A stretch of 63,919 nucleotides of DNA, filler included, from Reclinomonas americana ATCC 50394 (taxonomy: Eukaryota): assembly GCA_048213135.1 (NCBI GenBank). It is 8 parts of 7 records of this genome, joined end to end, with 100 filler letters (N's around TTAATTAATTAA, not from the genome) between each part and the next. Parts side by side here need not be neighbours in the genome. Positions count along the whole stretch, not along the records: positions 1 to 24,959 come from PS015770.1; 7 more parts are not named here. One strand, 5' to 3'. Shown in pieces: positions 11,478 to 23,168 of the stretch. Each line of letters opens with the position of its first letter. Within the stretch, counting starts at the first letter, position 1. A model generated the notes under the pieces. The model ran no database searches and had not been told where the DNA came from. It worked only from the letters and a program-made list of their open reading frames with translations. A program made the position numbers and the translations under genes.

Positions 11478-14071
11478 ATGAGTTCTGGTGACGAGGATGA
11501 GCGCATGAGCGTGGAGGAGGAAGAGGCAGACGAGATGGAGGAGGAGGCTGACAGCGACGATGAGCCAGTGGACATGGAGATGTCGGGAGGCGACGACGAT
11601 GATGATGATGATGATGATGATGATGACGATGAGGTTGGTCGAAAAGATCGCATTCGTATAAACTGTGTATGTTGATTGACGTGGAGTGAGGGTGCAGAGT
11701 GAGGAGGAGGAGCTGGAGTTTGAGATCGACTCGCCGTATCCGGTGGCGAGTGGGAGCGGAGGCATGTCGTCGCGTGCGGGTGGGCGTCCGGGCGAGACGT
11801 TTGTGGTGTTGGGAGCGGCGGACATTGTGGATCGGCAGCGGCGGGATGTGATGTGTGTGGCGGAGAGAGCCAATGTGCCACTGGGAGTGGCGGCGACGCT
11901 GTTGAGGCACTTCAAGTGGAATGTCGAGCAGTGCCTGCAGCGGTACTTTGACGACGAGGAGCGCACGTGTGCGGCGGCGCATGTGAGCACCGATGTGGAG
12001 TTCACACGCGGAGAGCCGGGAACAACTGTGTTGTGCGAGGTGTGCATTGAGGAGTATCCGGGACCCGATATGGTCGCACTGAGGTGAGTGTTGCCCATCG
12101 TCCCATGGCCCCGGGCACCACCTGACGAAAGAGCCTTTTGCTGTGCAGCTGTCGACACTTTTTCTGCACCGGTTGCTGGAAGCAGTATCTGGCGGCGTCG
12201 GTGGAGGCCGGTTATGCGTGCATCTACTCGACGTGCATGTTCCCCAAGTGCGACAAGGTGGTCAGTGATCAGGTGTGGGCGGATCTGGCCGACCCCGAGG
12301 TTCGCGCCAAGTACACCAACTATCTGCTGCGCTCCTTTGTGGAAGATGTTGCGTCGTTTTTTATATGTACTCCCGTCTCTTGAAGTGACGCTGATGGATG
12401 TTTGTGTATGTTGCGCTGCAGAATCCCTACCTGCGATGGTGTCCGTTCCCCGACTGCGGGCGAGCCGTGTCGATTTCCAGCTCGGGTGTGCGCAACGTGC
12501 AGTGTGCTTGTGGATTTGAGTTTTGGTGCGGTGCTGTTGTTGCATGCACGACTGCGGGGAAACACCCCATCTCACTCTCCACACAGTTTTCAGTGCAACG
12601 AAGAGCAGCACGATCCGGCGTCCTGCGAAATGGTGTCTCTGTGGAAGCAGAAGGAGTCCTCCGACAGCAGCAACGCACTGTGGCTATCGGCAAATGTGAA
12701 GAACTGCCCAAAGTGCAAGTCACCGATCGAGAAGAACGGCGGTTGCATGCACATGACGTGCTCAAGATGCCGGTGCGTGACATGATGCACGCGATCAGTG
12801 ATGCTCGTGTGTGTGTGCCTGGTGCTGAGTGCGCTCGCCCTCAGCCACGAGTTCTGCTGGATCTGCACGGAGGACTGGACACGGCACAGCAACGAGACTG
12901 GTGGTTTCTACAAGTGCAATCGCTACCAACCGAAANNNNNNNNNNNNNNNNNNNNNNNNNNNNNNNNNNNNNNNNNNNNNNNNNNNNNNNNNNNNNNNNN
13001 NNNNNNNNNNNNNNNNNNNNNNNNNNNNNNNNNNNNNNNNNNNNNNNNNNNNNNNNNNNNNNNNNNNNNNNNNNNNNNNNNNNNNNNNNNNNNNNNNNNN
13101 NNNNNNNNNNNNNNNNNNNNNNNNNNNNNNNNNNNNNNNNNNNNNNNNNNNNNNNNNNNNNNNNNNNNNNNNNNNNNNNNNNNNNNNNNNNNNNNNNNNN
13201 NNNNNNNNNNNNNNNNNNNNNNNNNNNNNNNNNNNNNNNNNNNNNNNNNNNNNNNNNNNNNNNNNNNNNNNNNNNNNNNNNNNNNNNNNNNNNNNNNNNN
13301 NNNNNNNNNNNNNNNNNNNNNNNNNNNNNNNNNNNNNNNNNNNNNNNNNNNNNNNNNNNNNNNNNNNNNNNNNNNNNNNNNNNNNNNNNNNNNNNNNNNN
13401 NNNNNNNNNNNNNNNNNNNNNNNNNNNNNNNNNNNNNNNNNNNNNNNNNNNNNNNNNNNNNNNNNNNNNNNNNNNNNNNNNNNNNNNNNNNNNNNNNNNN
13501 NNNNNNNNNNNNNNNNNNNNNNNNNNNNNNNNNNNNNNNNNNNNNNNNNNNNNNNNNNNNNNNNNNNNNNNNNNNNNNNNNNNNNNNNNNNNNNNNNNNN
13601 NNNNNNNNNNNNNNNNNNNNNNNNNNNNNNNNNNNNNNNNNNNNNNNNNNNNNNNNNNNNNNNNNNNNNNNNNNNNNNNNNNNNNNNNNNNNNNNNNNNN
13701 NNNNNNNNNNNNNNNNNNNNNNNNNNNNNNNNNNNNNNNNNNNNNNNNNNNNNNNNNNNNNNNNNNNNNNNNNNNNNNNNNNNNNNAGCGGAGAAGCTGG
13801 CGCAGCTGTTTGAGCAGACCGACAAGCATCCGTACAATCGCGAACAAATGCAAATCGCCATGCGTGATGCTGAGCGGGTGAGTTGGTGGCAAATTGTACA
13901 TGTGTGTGTAGGTGTCGAGCATGTCCTCACACGCACGCACATGTTGCTGAATTGGTGCAGAGGAGACAACACATCATGGAGACGGAGCCACCGTCACCAC
14001 TCATCAACATTAGTGGAAATCCGTTTGCCGCCGCCGCTGCTGCTGCCGCCGCCGGCTCCGGCATTCGATAA
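11478..14071 (+). CDS. Ariadne-family RBR E3 ubiquitin ligase (internal gap)
   Basis: Acidic N-terminus, [10 protein letters not shown] (UBA-like), RING1 CEVC...[10 protein letters not shown]...[24 protein letters not shown]...CACGFEFCFQC...HDPASC, RING2 [21 protein letters not shown]...[18 protein letters not shown]. Confidence 0.93.
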
Positions 14072-14260
14072 TCGCTTCGCGATATATGTATGTGTGGGCG
14101 TACGTGCGAAAATGTGCGTAGACGTGTGAAACCAGCAATTAAAGGAGGGGAGAACAAAGAGCGCAGCCACATCGATTTATTGTGAGAGTGGAAACGACAG
14201 CACAAATGTGTTCTACAGAGAAATTCTAATGGTTGCAGACGCGCAGTGAGGAGACGGCGC

Positions 14261-16115
14261 CTAATGGATGGTGTGGCCATTCGTCCAGAGCGAGAAGAGA
14301 CCGAGGGCGATCTCGCACGCAATCAGCCAGATAATGATCCATTCGAGTCGGGCGCTCTTCTGGTTGTTCAACATCTCCAGGAAGTGCTTCACATTGTGTT
14401 GAATCACTGCACATAATGCAGGTAAGTTAGAGAGACGCAACAGAGACGCGCGCGCGCATGCGGGGTGCGAGCGACGTACGATTCAGCTTGAAATCAAACG
14501 TCTCAAAGCGCTCCTCCAACTCGAACTCCTCGCGCATGCTCTCCCACACGGTGGAGTACTTGGAGTACTTCCACGGGATCTCCGAGCGATCGAGAATGCC
14601 CAACTTGGTGATCACATCGGTGAGGATGGAGTTGTTCTCGGCGACAATGGTGAACAGACGCTTGCGGCTCATGTTGAAGACGCCGGACTGCTGCACGCGG
14701 CTGTTCATCTCCGTGAACTTTTGCAACATGGCGTCGACCTGCAACGGGCCGAGTCAGGGCGGGGCAAAGAGAGCAACATACACACATATGAATGCACACG
14801 CATGCACCTTTCTTTCGTAGTGCTCGAGAGCCACGGTCTGGGCGAGGACGCCGCAAATGACAAGAATGTTGTTCAAGTCGAGCTTGCGCACCACAATGTA
14901 CTCGTGGTTCTGCTGGCTCCACACGTCGAGACCCGGGCGCACCACGATACCAAAGTCCTCCGCCTTGAGCGACGAGAACGGCTCGGTGGCGTACTTGCGA
15001 ATGATGGCCAGGCATTCACGCTGCCGCCACTCCTCAAAGTTGACAAACACCACGCTGCCGTAGCGGAACACCACCATGTACTTGTCGGGTTTCGGCGGCT
15101 CCAGTTGCTGAGCATGATGCACGAGAATGAGAGAGGGTGGAGTGGGGGGAGGAGGAAAACAGCGGGTTGGAGAGAACCTGGAGTGTCTGCGCCCAGTCGC
15201 CACTGCTCTCATCGTTAAAGGCGACGATGAGGGAATCACGCTGCAGCGAGTGTGGCCGGTCGCTGTAGGTGTCTTGGAACATGCGCACGAAATCAATCAT
15301 GCGGCTGCGCAGCGAGATGAGCAAGTGCACGCCTCTCTGCAACTGCAAGTGCACGGAGGAGACGCAACGCGACGTGGAACGCCTTGACTTTGAACATCAC
15401 ATCCGGCTCCAACGACCCCGCAGGCGTGCCGACCGGGCCGGGCGGAAGCACACCCGTGGCGTGCGCCTCGAGAGTCGACAGCAAGCCACTCAGCGCCACG
15501 TCGGCATCGGGTGTGGCGCGAGGTGCGACAGCCGCCGCCGCCGGTGCGGTGGCGACCGCCGACGGTCTCTTGATGCTGAATCGCTGCGATCGCAGGTACT
15601 CGACCGCAGTGCGTCGCGCTGCTTGTGCAGGAGGCGGAGGCAGCAGCGTGCTGCCCGTGTCCTTTGTCACAGCCGCAGTGAAACGATGCGGTGTGCCAGT
15701 TTTCCCAGGTGCTGTTGTTGTGGCAGAGGATGAAGAAGAAGAGGAAGAGGTGGCTGCTGGTGCTGCTGCTGGTGAGCGTTTCACACTGGCCGGCGCCACT
15801 GCATCCACCGACTCATCAACACCTCCAATGAGCTCCTCCAGTGATAATGTGCGCGCCGAGGGAGGAGGAGGAGGAGGAGAAGAAGAAGCAGATGCTGATG
15901 CTGCTATTGTTGCTGAAGGTGGTGATGGTGGTGAGGTCTTGTCTGTGAGACAGTGAGAGTGTGAGCGCGAGAGAGAGATGCGTGCGTGTGTGTGGATGCG
16001 TAAAGTTACCTGAACGCCATCTTTTTGTCAGTGCATGAATCGGCCACTGTAGTGAAGATAGCCGTGGCGGGCGGTGCGTGGCACCAGAGGCCACTGCTGC
16101 GAGCGATCGCAGCAT
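14261..16115 (-). CDS. RMND1/Sif2/Rmd1 (DUF155) family protein, probably mitochondrial
   Basis: YMVVFRYGSVVFVN, VLAQTVALEHYE, EEFELEERF...KLNLIQHN...LEWIIIWLIACEI (C-terminal TM). The Arg/Ser/Leu-rich, acid-free N-terminus MLRSLAAVAS...KRWRS resembles a mitochondrial presequence. Confidence 0.88.
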
Positions 16116-17213
16116 TCAATCAGTGATGAAAGTGTCCTGCAAGAAAACCAGAAGCGGGGCAAGCTCGTACGCGGGATGCGCAGTGTGGTAAAGGGGTCGT
16201 TGTAGACGCGCCTTGTGGTGGTGATGGTCGATGTGGATCACCACTTGCGCAGAGAGCTCGACGTTGAATTTCGAACGTCGCTCGACGTTGCTGTGCTCTC
16301 TGGATACGACCGCGGATGGTCAGCCCTGTGCGCCGATCGCTGAGCTCGTGTCCGGACATGCACAGCTAGAACGCGCGCGATAGATGTCCGTGTGACGCAG
16401 GTCTTGCGCATCCTCGCGCGCAAGCGTGGCCAGGTCCCCCATGCACTGGCGTGCCGCTAATCGCCGGACAGTATCGACACCATAATCGTTCGATATTTCC
16501 ACGCCCGATATGTGCATGCATGCATGCAGCTTTTTTTTACGCGCGCGACGTTCGAATTCACAATGGCAATCGCGAATTCGCACGCCCCTCAAGCTTGCAG
16601 CTGCCGATCCGTGCTGCTCCCCCTGACTTGAAGCCTGCATATATAGCTGGGGACGTCAACGGTGTGAAATTATTTTGGGGGCAAAGCGGGCCGGGCCCGC
16701 TTTGTCAGAAATTATTTCTGGATGCGTGGCTCGCGCGCGGCAAAATGGCACAAATATGATTTGTGCCAATTGAATTTCGTGATACTTGTGATTTTCCTTG
16801 TGACTCCCGGAGCACTGGTGAGCCGCCTCGGCCAACAGAGAGAGAAGAGGGAGGAGGGAGTAGGAGGGAGACAGATAGACAGAGAGAGGAGCAGGGGAAG
16901 AAGTCTGTGTTTGTCTGTTTTCTTGAGTGCACCACTCGTCGGTTGTGTCATGTCCAACTCACCACGCACAGCACACTCTCTCGCCTTGTGCCTCTCCGTG
17001 CTGTTCCTTTGCGTCGCGGCGCTGCTCGCCGCAACGTGCACGTTTGTTGGTCTCTTGGGAAGTGCGCACATGCCTTGGGGTGTTCGCCATTTTCCTCACG
17101 CACAACTCTTCTTCTCGCACCCCACAAAAACAAACACACACGCACTGTGACCAGCAGTGTGCTCACCTCCGTTGTGTTGGTGTGGCACAGATTTTCGTCG
17201 CCTACAGCAGCAA

Positions 17214-18563
17214 ATGACTGAGTACAAGTTGGTGAGTCCTCACGCCATCCGCGTGTGTGTGTGCTTGTGTTTGTGTTTGTGTGCGTGCGTACAGTGAAGA
17301 GCAGAAGATCCATGTGTGTGTGCGTGTCAACAGAGGCGTCTTGTGTTTGTTGTTTTGTTNNNNNNNNNNNNNNNNNNNNNNNNNNNNNNNNNNNNNNNNN
17401 NNNNNNNNNNNNNNNNNNNNNNNNNNNNNNNNNNNNNNNNNNNNNNNNNNNNNNNNNNNNNNNNNNNNNNNNNNNNNNNNNNNNNNNNNNNNNNNNNNNN
17501 NNNNNNNNNNNNNNNNNNNNNNNNNNNNNNNNNNNNNNNNNNNNNNNNNNNNNNNNNNNNNNNNNNNNNNNNNNNNNNNNNNNNNNNTGTGTGTGTGTTT
17601 TTCCGCTGTCTGTCTGCCACTCTTCCTCTTATCGTCCACGCACTCCCAACTCCCCTTCTTACACATCGTCGTGTTCATTTTTCCCGCGCAGGTGGTTGTC
17701 GGTGGTGGTGGTGTGGGCAAGTCGGCGCTGACGATTCAGCTGATCCAGAACCACTTCATTGAGGGTGCGACCGTATTTGTGTGTTTCTCCGCTCTCTCTT
17801 TCTTTTCACTCCCTGCTCACACTTGCGCGTGTTTGTGTGTGTCTCTCTTTCTATCACAGACTACGATCCCACCATTGAGGACTCGTACCGCAAGCAGTGC
17901 GTCTTCTCGCGTCGCATCTTTTCGTTTGTGTTTTTCATGGTAACTCATTTGCGTCGAAAAACAGGATCACAATCGATGAGGAGACGTGCTTCCTCGACAT
18001 TCTGGACACGGCCGGCCAAGAAGAGTACTCGGCGCTGCGCGACCAGTTGCGTGTTGTGTGTGTGTCAGTTTACTCTGTTTTTTGCTGTGCATTGTGGCTG
18101 ACGGAGATTATCCACACGTGTACAGGTACATGCGATCTGGCCAGGGCTTCCTGTGCGTCTACTCGATCACCGAGCGCAAGTCGTTCGAGGAGATCACCAC
18201 GTTCCGCGATCAAATTCTGCGTGTGAAGGATGCCGATCAAGTGCCGATGGTGCTGGTGGGCAACAAGTGCGATCTCGAAAAGGACCGCAAGATTACCTCG
18301 TTCGAGGGCCAGCAACTGGCCAAGACGGTGTGTATACCATCCTACCTTGCCCTCGGTTGTGTGTCTTGTTTTTTTGGCTGATGTCACGTGTGCCTCATCA
18401 GTTCGGCTGCCCGCACTTTGAGACGTCGGCCAAGACTCGCCTGAATGTGGAGCAGTGCTTCATGGAGCTCGTGCGCGAGATCCGCCGCGACAAGATCCGC
18501 ACCAGCGGTGACGCCAAGCCCGACAAGGGCAAGGCCAAGAAGGGTGGCTGCACGGTGCTGTAA
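17214..18563 (+). CDS. RAS: Ras small GTPase
   Basis: [67 protein letters not shown], polybasic tail and CaaX CTVL*. Five coding introns. Confidence 0.97.
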
Positions 18564-18750
18564 ATCACCAGCCCCGCTGTTGTTTTCCCTTTTTTTTCTG
18601 CACGCAGAAAGAAGAAGAAGAAGTGCGTTGCGTGCGTGCGTTTTGGCGTGCTGCGTGTGGTGGTAGAGGCTTAGTCGTGAACGAGAACCAAGTGTATGTT
18701 ATCAACATCGAAATCCATCAAATCGTCCATTGCTTCCTGTCGGTGTTTGA

Positions 18751-20835
18751 ATGGACGTGGAGGAGCGCAAGAAGCTGGCCAAGTTGATTAGCGAGGCCAC
18801 CAGCACTGGCGAGCGTGTCTTGTCGCACGAGCATCTGGCGGTGCGTTGCAGTTGTCTGCGACACATACATGTACACACACACGTGCGCAGTGCGTTCTCA
18901 TCGCCTCCGACGTATGCAAGTGCAGAGCATCAAGGCAGTCGCACGACAGTCACCGGCGCACGTGGAGGCGGCGGTGGACTTTGCTCTAGGGCAACTGCGC
19001 AAGGAGCACGCGCAGATCCGCCTGCTGGCCATGCGCCTCCTGGATGAGCTGTTTCGACGCAGTCGCTCCGCCCGTCTGCGCGTGCAGGAGGTCATTGAAG
19101 AGGTGGTGCGACTGTCGCTAGGTGAGTGGGAGAAGAAGGGAGAGGGGGAAGGGGCAAGAGGGTGGGTGTGACTGTCGAGTGTGACTTGGATGTGAGTAGG
19201 TTTTGATCGGCAACGACCGTGCCCGCTGCCGCCGCCCAAGTCGTGGGCCAAGGACCTGTATGAGTGCTCCGTACGTCTACTGCATGCGTGGCACAAAGAT
19301 CACGGACAGCAGCTGCCGCGGGTGCGTGCACCGGTGATTGCAATAGTGAGTTGACTTGTCTTGTTGAAGTGCTGCTGCTGTGCAGTTGTCGGTCACCTAC
19401 TGCTTCCTGCGTGATACGGTGCGGGTGGACTTTGTGTCGGGCACGATACCGACAGCCAGCGCGGCCGAGGAACAACGGCGGCGAGGCGTACGGCACGAAA
19501 TGTCGCGCATGAAATGCCTGGAACACTGCCGGGAAGTGGACGACGAGCTGCCTGGAATGCTGGCCGTGCTGGAATCGATGGTGCGTATGTGAACTCCACC
19601 TCCCATTGACAAGCACTCATCCAGCATCATCGTTGGCGCAGCAAACATGTTTCGACTTGCTGAACGCGCCGACATCGCCGTCGGTCGCCGCCAGTCGCAT
19701 ACACTTTGATGTTGCGATTGCACAGTCGCCGCCGGAGAGGGTGGCCACGGCGGCCGACGATGTCGACAAGGACGCGGAGCAGGTGATGCGTGAAATCGGT
19801 TTGCTGGTGGCATCGCCCACGGATCGTGACGCTGAGCCGCCACCACTGGCGACTGTCAGCAGTCCGGGAGCGGACTCGACCGGGAACGATGCAGTGTTGG
19901 ATGCACTGCGAGATCACTGGAAGGCGCTCGTGCACACGATCGAACCCAAGTTGCGCCAGTGGATGAATGCGTTCCTGGGATTCTTGCCCGGACCGTCCGC
20001 CGCCGCCGAGTCGACAGAAGACGCAGCGGTGCAAATCGTGCGCACTCACCTCGCGCCCGTCATGGACGCGTTGCACGGCGCCGAACGACAGAAGGAACGC
20101 TGTGCAATGATTCGCCTCTTTGATCCCGCCGAGGCCAGTCACAGCAAGAGCAGCGGACAGGCATTGCAGGCAGCGGCGACTGCAGAAGACGATGACGATG
20201 ACGACGACGACGACAGTGATGACGAGGATGATGACTTTGAGGAGGTGCCGACTGACGGTGAGGAGGCGAAGCCTGTTGTGACTGCTCGCTCCCAGCCTCC
20301 ACCACCACCGCCACCACCGCCGCCGCCAGCACCCGCCACCACAACCACTGCTGGCAAGCGAAGGCGCACAGCAGGTGCGGATGACGGTGAAGATGGTGAA
20401 GGTGGTGGTGGTGGTGGTAGTCTTGGACGTGGATGGCAACCTCCTCGGGTGCCGCTGGCAGTGCCCGAGGCGTTGCGCACACTACAGCAGCACCGGCAGC
20501 AGGTGGCTGCGACGGGTGGTGCGATTATTCCCGAGTGTCGTGACGACGACGACTCACTGCTGGCGGAAGCCCCGGCACTGGCGTCCTTCCGTGCCGCTGT
20601 GCATCCGCAATCAATGGCAGTGGCAACGACGACGACGGTGGCACCCGATGTGGACACTCGCGGGTTTGAGTCGGTGCGCGACAAGGCGAAAGAGGAGGAC
20701 CAGGGACCGCCGCGCAAGCGTCGCAAGACAAAGGCGAAGAAGCCGCAGACGGCGCTGGTGGATCTCCGCGTTTTGCGCCGTCGCCAGCTGAGGAAGGAGT
20801 TGTTGTTGGATGGCCAGCCACCGTCGCCAGAGTGA
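18751..20835 (+). CDS. UVSSA: UV-stimulated scaffold protein A-like (VHS-like N-terminus)
   Basis: LISEATSTGE..L, QLRKEHAQIRL...DELFRRS, PLPPPK, W...G...L...YCFLR...VDF match the UVSSA N-terminal domain. Also an acidic DDDFEEVP segment and a basic C-terminus. Four introns. Confidence 0.82.
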
Positions 20836-20914
20836 GCAAAGGGATGCAAGCAAACACGACGCCATTTGCGGTACATTTTTTCTGTGCATGGAAGGAGGAG
20901 GAGAAGAGACATTG

Positions 20915-22065
20915 TCAGATCTCCAGCTCTTCCTGCCCCAGTGGCTGATAACTTGTCATGGCTGTGGTGGAACAATGTGTGAGCAAAGTGCGCTGCGGTG
21001 ACTCTCGACATGGCGCATTCAACCACACACCTCGTTTGAGTTCTCGATAGAAGAGCCAGACGTAGTAGATCAGCACCGCCTTTTGTTGTTATCGTACCGT
21101 GAGATGAGTGAAATGAAAAGAGGAGAGTGTGATGCGATGGGTGAACCGCACCTGTGCAAGTGTATCCACCGTCCATGCCAACAACACGGTCCAAGGCCGT
21201 TTCATCGCCAAGAACACAATCACCATGACGGCGCTGATGGCACAATCGACAATGTTGCCGACAAAATACTGCGCAGAGGGTTTTCTTTTCTTCAGCGATC
21301 GACGCCCTCTCCCCTTCTGAGCAAGCGTGCACGACAAACCCAAAACGTCAGCTTGGCCGACAGATTCTTCGCCCCAAAGTAACCGAGGAAGCCGAGAGGT
21401 AGTTTGAGCAGGTTCCACCACATGCTGAACACGACAAAGGCCAGCGACAACACCTGTTCCGCACACCGGTGAGATACACGCCAGAGGACGACGACGACGA
21501 CGGGAGGAGAAGAAAGGACGCAACAATGTCGGCCAGGGCGAGCACAATCACCGTGCGACCCATGTGCATGAGGACTTCGTAGTGCTGCGTGTCAAGCGAC
21601 ACGGTCACCGGCTGATGATGCGCACCAGCTGCGATCTCCGGCTCTGCGACACCCTCGTTTGTCAACTCCACACGCTCGTCTCTCTCACACACTCACGCGT
21701 GGCACACGAACCAGAGACGAGCAAGTGCGTCGGTTTGCGCGTTCCCTTGACCACTGCGCGCGATGGTGAACTGGAGAGAGGCGACGACGACGATGATGAT
21801 GATGACGCGTGACCAACGCGAGCACCGCCGCTGCCACCACCGCCGCCACCACCGCCATTCTCCGACGATAGGAAGCCCGTGAAGTTGAGCAGAGACCGTG
21901 GTTGCCCGCCGCCTACACGTTGAACGGATTTGAGCAGCACGCGAACTCACACACGCACACATTGACGATCGCTTTCTCTCTTTCTCTCTCACACACACGG
22001 AAGGAGGGAAAGAAAGGGCGAAAGACACACAGAAGAGAGAACACGCCACCCAAGAACGCACTCAT
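20915..22065 (-). CDS. Uncharacterised ~4-TM membrane protein
   Basis: Splicing joins hydrophobic exons (TVIVLALADI/VLSLAFVVFSMWWNLLKLPLGFLGYFGA, FW/YFVGNIVDCAISAVMVIVFLAM, TVLLAWTVDTLAQ/AVLIYYVWLFY) and ends SYQPLGQEELEI*. N-terminal exons are less certain. Confidence 0.55.
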
Positions 22066-23168
22066 GATGTTGTGATTGTCACAGAGATGCGATAACGCGA
22101 GGTGGTCCACACGTGCACACGCACACGCAGGTACGGAGCGCTGAGAGGGAGAGAGAGAGAGACGGAGAGACAGGTGGCGGGCACGTGCGATGGGACAGAG
22201 ACAGTTTGGTGATGCATAGGGCTCGCGGCCGTTTCCGTAGACTCACACAGTTTTCGCTGTTCATCGTTGCGCCGAGTTTACCCCGCTTGTCTCTCTCCTT
22301 TTTCCCCTCTGTGCGTGTGCACGTGCGTGCTCTTTCTCCCTTTGTGCTCTGCGTGTNNNNNNNNNNNNNNNNNNNNNNNNNNNNNNNNNNNNNNNNNNNN
22401 NNNNNNNNNNNNNNNNNNNNNNNNNNNNNNNNNNNNNNNNNNNNNNNNNNNNNNNNNNNNNNNNNNNNNNNNNNNNNNNNNNNNNNNNNNNNNNNNNNNN
22501 NNNNNNNNNNNNNNNNNNNNNNNNNNNNNNNNNNNNNNNNNNNNNNNNNNNNNNNNNNNNNNNNNNNNNNNNNNNNNNNNNNNNNNNNNNNNNNNNNNNN
22601 NNNNNNNNNNNNNNNNNNNNNNNNNNNNNNNNNNNNNNNNNNNNNNNNNNNNNNNNNNNNNNNNNNNNNNNNNNNNNNNNNNNNNNNNNNNNNNNNNNNN
22701 NNNNNNNNNNNNNNNNNNNNNNNNNNNNNNNNNNNNNNNNNNNNNNNNNNNNNNNNNNNNNNNNNNNNNNNNNNNNNNNNNNNNNNNNNNNNNNNNNNNN
22801 NNNNNNNNNNNNNNNNNNNNNNNNNNNNNNNNNNNNNNNNNNNNNNNNNNNNNNNNNNNNNNNNNNNNNNNNNNNNNNNNNNNNNNNNNNNNNNNNNNNN
22901 NNNNNNNNNNNNNNNNNNNNNNNNNNNNNNNNNNNNNNNNNNNNNNNNNNNNNNNNNNNNNNNNNNNNNNNNNNNNNNNNNNNNNNNNNNNNNNNNNNNN
23001 NNNNNNNNNNNNNNNNNNNNNNNNNNNNNNNNNNNNNNNNNNNNNNNNNNNNNNNNNNNNNNNNNNNNNNNNNNNNNNNNNNNNNNNNNNNNNNNNNNNN
23101 NNNNNNNNNNNNNNNNNNNNNNNNNNNNNNNNNNNNNNNNNNNNNNNNNNNNNNNNNNNNNNNNNNNN

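Noticed and set aside
16560..16720. Spliceosomal snRNA gene
   Set aside because: An Sm-like site and hairpin are present, but I found no U1 5' end, U2 branch-pairing sequence, U5 loop I or U6 ACAGAGA context. It is not called as a feature and is kept only as a finding.
12348..18052. Reading GTTGCG donors as GTT|GC (GC-AG introns 3 nt downstream)
   Set aside because: This would insert an extra residue into invariant motifs (Ras RDQYMR, Ariadne FVEDN), so the GT is the better-supported junction.
9692..18563. Three CaaX proteins (kinesin, PEX19, Ras) within 9 kb as a functional cluster
   Set aside because: The functions are unrelated and no shared regulatory motif is visible. Chance is sufficient.
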